Assembly (NCBI GenBank): GCA_016840065.1
Contig: JAEOTB010000087.1
Location: forward strand, 1-14,632
Length of the DNA: 14,632 nucleotides
Direction of reading: 5' to 3'
Source: Candidatus Hermodarchaeota archaeon
Lineage (GTDB): Archaea; Asgardarchaeota; Hermodarchaeia; Hermodarchaeales; Hermodarchaeaceae
Positions within the stretch are counted from its first letter, which is position 1. Each line of letters opens with the position of its first letter. Below are positions 1 to 7,010 of this stretch, one piece after another. The translations under genes were made by a program, and so were the position numbers. Under the pieces are notes generated by a model. That model was given only the letters and a program-made list of their open reading frames with translations. It was not told the DNA's origin and searched no databases.

Positions 1-603
1 GAGAACAATGTTGGTAGGTCTTCTGAGTTCTGGGAGTATTTCCTCCCCCGTCTCAACAAACACACCGGAAAGACCTTCAAGGACATCTCAGTCGAGCAGA
101 TGGTCCAAGCAGTCAACAACGTGGAACGTTCCAAGATACGCGTAGAAGCCGACGAACTCACCTATCTTCTCCACATTATTATCAGATTTGAGATAGAATA
201 CGACCTCTTTACAGAGAAAATCGCTTTCCCCGACCTCCCCAGTATCTGGAATGATAAATACGACAAATACCTTGGCCTTGAAATCGAGAACGACAGCGAA
301 GGAGTCATGCAGGATACTCACTGGGCTATTGCCTACTTTGGGTACTTCCCCTCGTATTCACTAGGGAACATCTATTCCGGTCAGTTCTTGGAAGTGTTAG
401 AAAAGGATCTGCCTGACTGGAAGACCCAAGTTAAGGGTGGCGATTTCGGACCCACAAGGCAGTGGCTGCTTGAGAAAGTACACAAGATGGGTGACCTCTA
501 TGACCCGGAGGACTTGGTCCGCCAAGTGTGTGGTGAAGGACTGAATGCCCAACCCTTTGTGAACTATCTTGAATCCAAGTATAAGCAGGTCTTCAATCTC
601 TAG
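1..603 (+). CDS. M32 family carboxypeptidase (carboxypeptidase Taq/PfuCP-like), C-terminal part; 5' end outside the window
   Basis: Frame is open from base 1 (ENNVGRSSEFWEYF...) to TAG at 601-603. M32 motifs present: ENxVGRS, IRVEADELTY, LHIIIRFEIE, GVMQDTHW, FGYFPSYSLG. Confidence 0.95.
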   Translation, partial: ENNVGRSSEFWEYFLPRLNKHTGKTFKDISVEQMVQAVNNVERSKIRVEADELTYLLHIIIRFEIEYDLFTEKIAFPDLPSIWNDKYDKYLGLEIENDSEGVMQDTHWAIAYFGYFPSYSLGNIYSGQFLEVLEKDLPDWKTQVKGGDFGPTRQWLLEKVHKMGDLYDPEDLVRQVCGEGLNAQPFVNYLESKYKQVFNL

Positions 604-621
604 CAAATACTACTAGGATCC

Positions 622-652
622 TATCAACCATCGGCTAGACCTATGGTTGATA
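622..652. terminator. 10-bp perfect inverted repeat between convergent genes; possible terminator or 3'-end stabilising hairpin
   Basis: TATCAACCAT (622-631) and ATGGTTGATA (643-652) with an 11-nt spacer, between the stops at 603 (+) and 710 (-). Function is inferred from position only. Confidence 0.45.
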
Positions 653-709
653 AGCTAGGACACTACGAACGAAGTGTGACTTCAGCCGAAGGTCTTCAGC
701 TGTGTTCTT

Positions 710-1762
710 CTATCTTCGCAATCGAACCTCGCCATCCCGAAACTGGAGGCGCTTCCGGCAGAGGGGGCAGACCTGTTTAACCTTTACCCATTCGCTCAGG
801 CAAGCATAGTGGCAAATCGCGCTACAACAGGGAGTTTTTTGGATTCGTTGTCCTGCCCGGTGCCGCAGATTACAGACTCCACAGAAACCCTCAGGAACTG
901 TTTCTTCCCTGGTGACGACTGGTTGGATAGTTTCTGTATCAGCGTCTAGTTGGATATTGAACCAGAAGCAGAGCTGATGAGCGGCAGCCAGTACTCGTTC
1001 AGCGTCATCTTGTTTCACCGGTGGAGAGCCAGGTTTGATGCCGCTCCGAATCCGATGGATTTCCTCAATAGTTGCCGCAGTTTGGTTTCCGCGGGGAAAT
1101 TGAGGTGTGAGCCGACGAATAATCTCCTTCACAGATAGAGAGACCGGTGGATCACCGAAGCTGATAGTGTAGAGTTTATTGAGGAGAGCATCTGTAGCCG
1201 TCCAAGAATGCTTCACTACCGTACGCCAGCGCTTCGCCTTGAATGACTTTTGTGCTGACTGCATAGACTTGACGATTTGCTGATCGAAGTGTTGGAACAT
1301 GCTACGACGTTCTGACCTAGAAATTCGTCTGGTACGGCGTGCAGGTCGCCTTGCTGGTTTTCTTTCCCTTCTTGGTTGAACCCGATGCATATCAACTGAC
1401 GACTGATCTAGAAATGCAGCTATAATCACTAGAATTCCAATCCCAAATCCTGTTATCAAACCGACAATTCCAGCAACCAGAAGCCCACGAAAGTGGGATG
1501 TTGAATTACCTCTCCTTGCTAGGCAGTAAATACCAAGTACCAAATCAATTATTCCAAAAATCATGTAAACCGTCGAAACCAATATGATTGGAAAGATGAT
1601 TGTAAAGAGAAAGACACCAAACCAAGGGTCCGACAAAAGGATCAGGAGAGGAACAATTCCTACTAGCCCCATAATACCAGAAACGAGTCCCGCCACAAAA
1701 GCGATGATAAATAGTATCCCAGCCACAAGTAGCAGGATCCCTGCAGTATCTTCTTTGCTCAA
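710..1762 (-). CDS. Membrane protein: N-terminal TM helices, Arg-rich linker, HEPN-like domain and C-terminal RING finger (putative E3 ubiquitin ligase)
   Basis: TTG start 10 nt after GGAGG. About 3-4 hydrophobic helices in aa 1-118. HEPN-like helical pattern at about aa 158-270. RING motif CGVC-x14-CC-x4-H-x2-C-LSEW-x6-CPLCR at aa 294-335 (nt 758-883). Confidence 0.8.
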   Translation of the reverse strand: MSKEDTAGILLLVAGILFIIAFVAGLVSGIMGLVGIVPLLILLSDPWFGVFLFTIIFPIILVSTVYMIFGIIDLVLGIYCLARRGNSTSHFRGLLVAGIVGLITGFGIGILVIIAAFLDQSSVDMHRVQPRRERKPARRPARRTRRISRSERRSMFQHFDQQIVKSMQSAQKSFKAKRWRTVVKHSWTATDALLNKLYTISFGDPPVSLSVKEIIRRLTPQFPRGNQTAATIEEIHRIRSGIKPGSPPVKQDDAERVLAAAHQLCFWFNIQLDADTETIQPVVTREETVPEGFCGVCNLRHRAGQRIQKTPCCSAICHYACLSEWVKVKQVCPLCRKRLQFRDGEVRLRR

Positions 1763-1856
1763 TTTCTCTTTTCCTCCATTTCTATAGCTTTACACCTGCA
1801 TTCTGTTCTCTGCTAGCTGGGATACTCTCCTACTTGACTTCCTTTTGATAATCTCT

Positions 1857-2501
1857 TCAACGCCACTCTCTAGCAAATTCGGTCACGAAGATAACGAATG
1901 ACTCCGCCATGAACGCTATGCCAGTAAAGAATAATCCGAGGGCTATGTCGTGTTCAATCGGTTCATACATAAGCATGATTTTTATCGCGACGAAGATTTC
2001 TGAACGTGTTATTATACTACCATTTATTGGGTTTTCTGTTGCTATTGATACGTTGATCCAGAAGCGGGTTATCGATGGAAGCTGAATTTCCTCAAAGCTG
2101 CCACCGTGTCCTATGTAAATGGTTTCAGTAGCTTCTGTCTCATTTCGGAATTCAATTTCTAAATGCGTTCCAGCGGGGGTGGAACGGAGACCTGCGGCAT
2201 CCTCGATCTCAATCTCAATTTGGACGAGTTCATGATAGAGTTCCAAGAAGGAAGGAATGTTCGTAGTATTGTGTCCATTTGCATTAATTGAAGCTATGAT
2301 GGTCACTTCATTAGGAGGAAGAGCCCAATTTCCGAAACTGTCCGACCTCGAAGCCAGATTCGTTGGCGATAGGGTGGAATCGAATTGCTGGTTGGCGGAT
2401 AAGCTACCGACAGCTGAAGTATTCATCCACAGCCATCCAGGAATAATCATGCAGATTCCTAGTATTAGCGTGAGTAGGGAAACCAATTGTACTTTTTTCA
2501 T
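1857..2501 (-). CDS. Hypothetical membrane protein (N-terminal signal/TM, extracellular domain, C-terminal TM)
   Basis: ATG preceded by AGGTGA ribosome site. Hydrophobic aa 5-25 and about 185-206. Several N-x-S/T sequons in the loop (NTS, NTT, NET, NVS, NGS). Confidence 0.8.
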   Translation of the reverse strand: MKKVQLVSLLTLILGICMIIPGWLWMNTSAVGSLSANQQFDSTLSPTNLASRSDSFGNWALPPNEVTIIASINANGHNTTNIPSFLELYHELVQIEIEIEDAAGLRSTPAGTHLEIEFRNETEATETIYIGHGGSFEEIQLPSITRFWINVSIATENPINGSIITRSEIFVAIKIMLMYEPIEHDIALGLFFTGIAFMAESFVIFVTEFAREWR

Positions 2502-2629
2502 TTTTTCTCACCTTAATCTAGGCTAGAATGTGCCTCTACCTGAGGGGTTTAGACTTATTTTTCTTTAGCTTGTTAGGGGTGATGGAAAAAGGCAAGGAAT
2601 TAATTAGAGTGGGAGAGACCGTATGCCTA

Positions 2630-3499
2630 ATGAAGCAAGTTACCACGTACGCTGATTCCTCACATCCGGTCGGTCCTTTTCCTGTGAGTCGAGTGTCAGC
2701 TGAGAAAGACATCCGAGGTGCTATTGATAAGGCGGTCGGTTTGTTGGGTGATTTCGGTAGTTTCATCAAGCGAGGTGATACGGTCACCATTAAGCCGAAT
2801 CTGAACACTGCTGACCCATATCCTGCTTCAAGTGATCCCCTTTTCATTAAGGCCCTTGGAGAAGCGATTCTAGAGGCGGGGGCATCGAAGCTTAAGATAA
2901 TGGATAGTTCGACCATACGTACATCAACCAGGAAGGTTGCTGAAAAGATCGGATTAACTCCAGTAGCAGAAGATCTAGGCGCTGAGCTGATTTACCTTGA
3001 TGAGCACCCTTGGGTTGGACAGAGGCTGCCGGGGGTATATATGACCTCCTGCGATATTGGCGAGCCAGTTATGAGTATGGGAAAGCTGGTGCTTGCGCCA
3101 TGTCTTAAGACTCATCGGCTTGCCCGGTTCACTGGGGCGATGAAGCTTCTTGTTGGGATGATGAAACCTTCCCACAGGGTACGGAAGCTCCATCTTCGAA
3201 AGCTGCAGCAGAAGGTTACAGATCTTGCTTCCTACTTTCAGCCAGCGCTAGTTGTTATGGATGCACGTGAGGTCTTTGTAACAGGAGGTCCAACAAACGG
3301 GCAACGAGAACACCCCGGAGTCATCATGGCAAGCCCAGATATGGTAGCAATTGACGCTGTAGGCGTCGAGATCTTACAAGGTTACAAGGCAAAGAACAAG
3401 CTCAATCTTCCCGTATGGGAGATGCCACAGTTTGAACATGCATCTAAATTACGGCTAGGAGCGAGATCTGCAGACGATGTTATATTGGTTGAAGCCTAG
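2630..3499 (+). CDS. DUF362 family protein (no fused ferredoxin domain)
   Basis: Motifs VTIKPNL, PCLKTH, FTGAMK, GGP, DMVAID. Start moved to ATG 2630 because an AT-rich TATA-like AATTAATTA lies at 2598-2606 and the longer N-terminus in the ORF track does not look like part of the domain. Confidence 0.88.
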   Translation: MKQVTTYADSSHPVGPFPVSRVSAEKDIRGAIDKAVGLLGDFGSFIKRGDTVTIKPNLNTADPYPASSDPLFIKALGEAILEAGASKLKIMDSSTIRTSTRKVAEKIGLTPVAEDLGAELIYLDEHPWVGQRLPGVYMTSCDIGEPVMSMGKLVLAPCLKTHRLARFTGAMKLLVGMMKPSHRVRKLHLRKLQQKVTDLASYFQPALVVMDAREVFVTGGPTNGQREHPGVIMASPDMVAIDAVGVEILQGYKAKNKLNLPVWEMPQFEHASKLRLGARSADDVILVEA

Positions 3500-3966
3500 C
3501 TTGAGACTTGCACGATATTGTCGTAGAAGCCCGAACGTATCTTGTTAATAACTACAAAGGAGCGGGTACGTTCAACGTATGGCAGAGCACGTATCTTCTC
3601 GACAATCTCTTCAAAGCAGCCCATATCACGGCACACGATTCGGATGAACAGGTCAAACTCCCCAGTGATGGTGAAGATGTCCACGATTTCGTCAATGCCT
3701 TGGAGTGCCTTAGCAACCTCAGAGCCAGGCTTGTTCCCGACATTCAACCCTAAAATCACTGTAATGGGATATCCTAGCCGATTATAGTCGAGGCTTACAG
3801 TGAATCGGTCGATGACCTTGTGCTCAACGAGTCGATCAATACGGTGACGTACTGCGGATTCAGAGAGGCCTAAACGGCGTGCCAGCCCAGCAACAGACTG
3901 CCGTGCGTCACGAACTAGGTATCGTAGAATCCGCCTGTCATTTCCATCTATTCGCAAATCGGTCAT
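3496..3966 (-). CDS. Lrp/AsnC family transcriptional regulator
   Basis: HTH region DGNDRRILRYLVRDAR...LARRLGLSESAVRHRIDRL and RAM-domain motif ITGEFDL. Likely start ATG 3966. Its stop overlaps the convergent DUF362 stop by 4 nt (CTAG 3496-3499). Confidence 0.95.
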   Translation of the reverse strand: MTDLRIDGNDRRILRYLVRDARQSVAGLARRLGLSESAVRHRIDRLVEHKVIDRFTVSLDYNRLGYPITVILGLNVGNKPGSEVAKALQGIDEIVDIFTITGEFDLFIRIVCRDMGCFEEIVEKIRALPYVERTRSFVVINKIRSGFYDNIVQVSS

Positions 3967-4010
3967 TTTCCGTCCATTCCGAAACACTTTTCAGGTAACT
4001 TCTGGGTGCG

Positions 4011-4143
4011 CAAATTCCCTTAGCTGAGGGGAGGAATTTGAAGGTTTCTGCTAGAATCAATGGTTTGTAGACACGGAATCTTTCAAAGAATCCGTTGATT
4101 TTGCTGGTATCTACGCTGCCTAAGGTATAATTGGTGCACCTTA
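4011..4143. promoter_or_regulatory. Inverted-repeat-rich divergent intergenic region between lrp and ilvE
   Basis: CAAATTCC/GGAATTTG (4011-4018/4033-4040); ACGGAATCTTT-C-AAAGAATCCGT (4073-4095, 10 of 11 matching); TAAGGT/ACCTTA (4121-4126/4138-4143). Confidence 0.5.
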
Positions 4144-5063
4144 TGACAAAGAATTACCTTGTCTATGTAAATGGTGAGTTTGTCTCTAGCCAAGAGGCTT
4201 CGGTTTCTGTTTTCGACCACGGCCTTTTGTACGGCGATGGTATATTCGAAGGTATTCGTGTATACGAAGGCGTAGTGTTCCAGCTTGAGGCACACCTTAA
4301 TCGGCTATACTTGGATGCTAAGGCAATCCATTTGTCAATACCTCTGTCAAAGGATGCCTTAGAGGAAGCAGTACTTGAGACACTTCGACAGAACAAACTA
4401 GTGAATGCCTACATCCGGCTGGTCGTCACTCGGGGGAAGGGTGACCTTGGCCTTGACCCACGAAAATGTCCTCACCCAACAGTCATTATCATTACAATGC
4501 CAGTGGATTCCTTGCATGGAGCTGAAGCCAAAGAGCGGGGGCTCCATGCAATCATTGCAACTACGCGTCGTCAATCAGTAGACTCGGCAAGCCACGAGCT
4601 GAAATCGTTGAATTATCTTAACAGCATCCTTGGTAAGCTAGAAGCTAACATGCGGGGTGCTGACGATGCTATCATGCTAGATTCCCGGGGCTTTGTTTCA
4701 GAAGCTACAGGGACAACCTTGTTTGCAGTAAGGAATGGACAGCTTCATACACCACCACTACACGCTAGCATACTCGATGGTATCACTCGGCGCTTCATCA
4801 TCTCAATAGCTCGAGATTTAGGATACACTGTTACTGAAGGAGATCTTACTGTCTTTCAACTACGTAATGCCGATGAGATATTTTTCTGCGGCACTCTAGG
4901 TGAAATAGTTCCGGTCGTTAGTGTAGACGGTCAACCAGTCGGACTAGGCAAACCGGGACCCGTCACACTTCGCCTAATGGAAGAATACACCCAACGGGTG
5001 AAGAACCCTCAATTCGGTACTCCAATCAAAGAGGGTGCGAATCCAACACCTTTGACTATGTAG
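4143..5063 (+). CDS. ilvE: Branched-chain amino acid aminotransferase (PLP fold type IV)
   Basis: Motifs FDHGLLYGDGIFEGIR, YIRLVVTRG, catalytic Lys in LKSLNYL, ILDGITR, EIFFCGT. ATG 4143 follows a GGTG ribosome site. Confidence 0.93.
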   Translation: MTKNYLVYVNGEFVSSQEASVSVFDHGLLYGDGIFEGIRVYEGVVFQLEAHLNRLYLDAKAIHLSIPLSKDALEEAVLETLRQNKLVNAYIRLVVTRGKGDLGLDPRKCPHPTVIIITMPVDSLHGAEAKERGLHAIIATTRRQSVDSASHELKSLNYLNSILGKLEANMRGADDAIMLDSRGFVSEATGTTLFAVRNGQLHTPPLHASILDGITRRFIISIARDLGYTVTEGDLTVFQLRNADEIFFCGTLGEIVPVVSVDGQPVGLGKPGPVTLRLMEEYTQRVKNPQFGTPIKEGANPTPLTM

Positions 5064-5076
5064 AGGAGTTGATTCT

Positions 5077-5625
5077 GTGGAAATGCGTGGTTTGTTAGCT
5101 AATCCATCAGTTCGACTAGCTTTACTAGCTGTGCTAACTGCCCTCACTGCAGTCCTGACTATGCTCATTGTGATTCCAATAGTAGCAACTGAGGGCTACA
5201 TCAACCTTGGAGATGTGGGAGTCTTCCTAGCTGGACTACTGCTAGGTCCAGTTGGAGGTATTGCTGGTGGGATCGGATCTGCACTGGCAGATTGGGCGCT
5301 GGGCTACATGACCTATGTCCCGATTACCTTCGTGGTCAAAGGTCTTGAAGGTGCGGTGACTGGCACAGTCTTCTATGCGCTCAAGCCCCATTGGAGAACA
5401 GTACCCAGACTCCTCCTTGCTCTGATATTGGGTTCTATTGTGATGGTGTCGGGATACTACCTCGCAGAGAGTTTGATGTACGGGGCAGCAGCTGCTGCTT
5501 TGGAAATTCCTGGAAACATTTTCCAGGTTGCCTTTGGTAGCATCATGAGCACTATAGTCTATTTTGCTGTGGACAAGATGCTCCAACAATATCAGATAGA
5601 ACCACGGATGGTCAAGGACAGCTAG
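5077..5625 (+). CDS. ECF transporter S component (COG4720-like, HmpT/PdxU2-type)
   Basis: Very hydrophobic, about 180 aa. Motifs GYINLGD, LLGPxGGxAGGIGSALAD, PxTxxVKGLEG and NIFQ. AGGAG lies just after the ilvE stop, suggesting an operon. Confidence 0.88.
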   Translation: MEMRGLLANPSVRLALLAVLTALTAVLTMLIVIPIVATEGYINLGDVGVFLAGLLLGPVGGIAGGIGSALADWALGYMTYVPITFVVKGLEGAVTGTVFYALKPHWRTVPRLLLALILGSIVMVSGYYLAESLMYGAAAAALEIPGNIFQVAFGSIMSTIVYFAVDKMLQQYQIEPRMVKDS

Positions 5626-5659
5626 TCAGAAAGTCGAGTAAGTCTCAACTGGGGAGAGG

Positions 5660-5675
5660 GTTCCTTTTTTCTGAC
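5660..5675 (+). terminator. Oligo-T tract; probable archaeal terminator of ilvE-ECF
   Basis: TTCCTTTTTTCT about 40 nt after the stop at 5625. Confidence 0.4.
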
Positions 5676-5719
5676 CCTGGTATGCTACTATTTATTTCAC
5701 TGCTCCTTGGGACGGAAAG

Positions 5720-5760
5720 TCTTTTAAACTGACCAATCGCCGCTGAAGTTCTGGAGGCGT
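5720..5760 (+). promoter_or_regulatory. TATA box and ribosome-binding site for the 5770-8327 operon
   Basis: GGAAAG (BRE-like) followed by TTTTAAA at 5722-5728. GGAGG at 5753-5757 ahead of TTG 5770. Confidence 0.6.
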
Positions 5761-5769
5761 TTTACCGCT

Positions 5770-7005
5770 TTGTCTACTCTGGGCCTGCGACGATGGGAGA
5801 AGCTTCTCTTCCAATTAATGGTGAGTCTTCTAGCCGTTGGCATACTGCAGGTCTTATTGGTAGCCCTTCTTTCTCCGACAGGGATTCTTCCTCCAAGCTT
5901 TATTGGACTTTCAGTCCCAACTGTGCTAGTGCTCCTCCTCAGCACCCTGGGAATCACTGTCCTGGCCCTTGTAGTAGTTCGTAGTTTTTCCAAAAGAGAG
6001 TCTGTGGCGAAACAGGATAAGGAAGGCTATGCAGAGATGATTCCGGTAAAGGTCACACCTGAATGTGTTGTGCTCTCATCCAATCAAGGCTTCAGCGCTC
6101 TAGGATTCGTCAGCATACCCCACGAATGGAATGAGTCGCTGGGTAGAAAAGTGCTCCAAACCATCTCTCAGTTAGAGATTCCTATCATCCTCGTTTTGGC
6201 AAGGACCCTCGATGGAAACATACACACTCATCTTATGCTTCGCAGTTCTGCTAGGGGAGCAGAATTGGCTATTCAAGACACAATGACCGCCTGCCAGGTT
6301 CTCCAACAAGCCTTGGTTAGTCAAGGGGTCGAGGCAGAAAGGGTGAAAGACGAGTTGGGAGTGGAGCAACTTTACTGGACCTGTGTGCTGGGGAAGGGCT
6401 TCCACGAGGAAGTTCTGCTTCGCGGCGAAGAAAACCTAGTCATCGCTCAGGTGGGGGGAAGAGGAGAACGACTTCTTGTGGCAGTTGATCTGCTGCACAG
6501 CACCCTACCAACGACTGATCAAGAGCGCCGACCATCTGGACTGCTGTCTCTTCTTCAACAGCCTCGCCCTCTTTTCCTAGCGGTAGCTCTGAAACCTGTA
6601 GCCCCAGGGACGGTCGCAAAACAGTTACAGGCAAGGGTAATGGATGCACCAGAGTTAAGCTTGCTAGTCGAAACAGTGGGTGAAGCCGCAGCAATCCAGA
6701 TTCTCAGTGATGAAAGGGCACCAACCATTGTAGAGCTTTCCACGCTCCTAGCTGGGAGAAAGGAGGGGCTATGGCAATGCAATGTTCATCTCGTCTGCAA
6801 ATTGACTGATACACCAATTCTGACCGAGGCTATCGGTCTGCCAGCTAACCTTCTAGAACCAAAGGGGTTCGCAGCAACAGCAACCGCAAAATCTCACCAA
6901 TCAGGACTCCTATTACCAACTAGTACGATATTCCAGATACTAGGAATTCAAACTAGACCTCAGACACACGAAGAAGGAACAGGAGAGCCTGCTGAAGGAG
7001 GATAA
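5770..7005 (+). CDS. Hypothetical membrane-anchored protein; resembles a VirB4-type N-terminal region without the ATPase domain
   Basis: 411-aa ORF with TATA and RBS. Two N-terminal TM helices followed by an alpha/beta soluble region. No Walker A motif. The ORF is well supported; the family resemblance is by eye only. Confidence 0.7.
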   Translation: MSTLGLRRWEKLLFQLMVSLLAVGILQVLLVALLSPTGILPPSFIGLSVPTVLVLLLSTLGITVLALVVVRSFSKRESVAKQDKEGYAEMIPVKVTPECVVLSSNQGFSALGFVSIPHEWNESLGRKVLQTISQLEIPIILVLARTLDGNIHTHLMLRSSARGAELAIQDTMTACQVLQQALVSQGVEAERVKDELGVEQLYWTCVLGKGFHEEVLLRGEENLVIAQVGGRGERLLVAVDLLHSTLPTTDQERRPSGLLSLLQQPRPLFLAVALKPVAPGTVAKQLQARVMDAPELSLLVETVGEAAAIQILSDERAPTIVELSTLLAGRKEGLWQCNVHLVCKLTDTPILTEAIGLPANLLEPKGFAATATAKSHQSGLLLPTSTIFQILGIQTRPQTHEEGTGEPAEGG

Positions 7006-7010
7006 TAAGA

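Noticed and set aside
604-709. Possible SECIS element or C/D-box sRNA
   Set aside because: No AUGA/GA quartet with apical AA, no RUGAUGA plus CUGA pair, and no in-frame UGA at a Cys-like position in the neighbouring genes.
4003-4030. GGGTGC...GCTGAG resembles the 5' half of a TPP riboswitch
   Set aside because: The required UGAGA, the ACCC partner strand and the ACCUGAU...UAAU...GCG.AGG half are absent.
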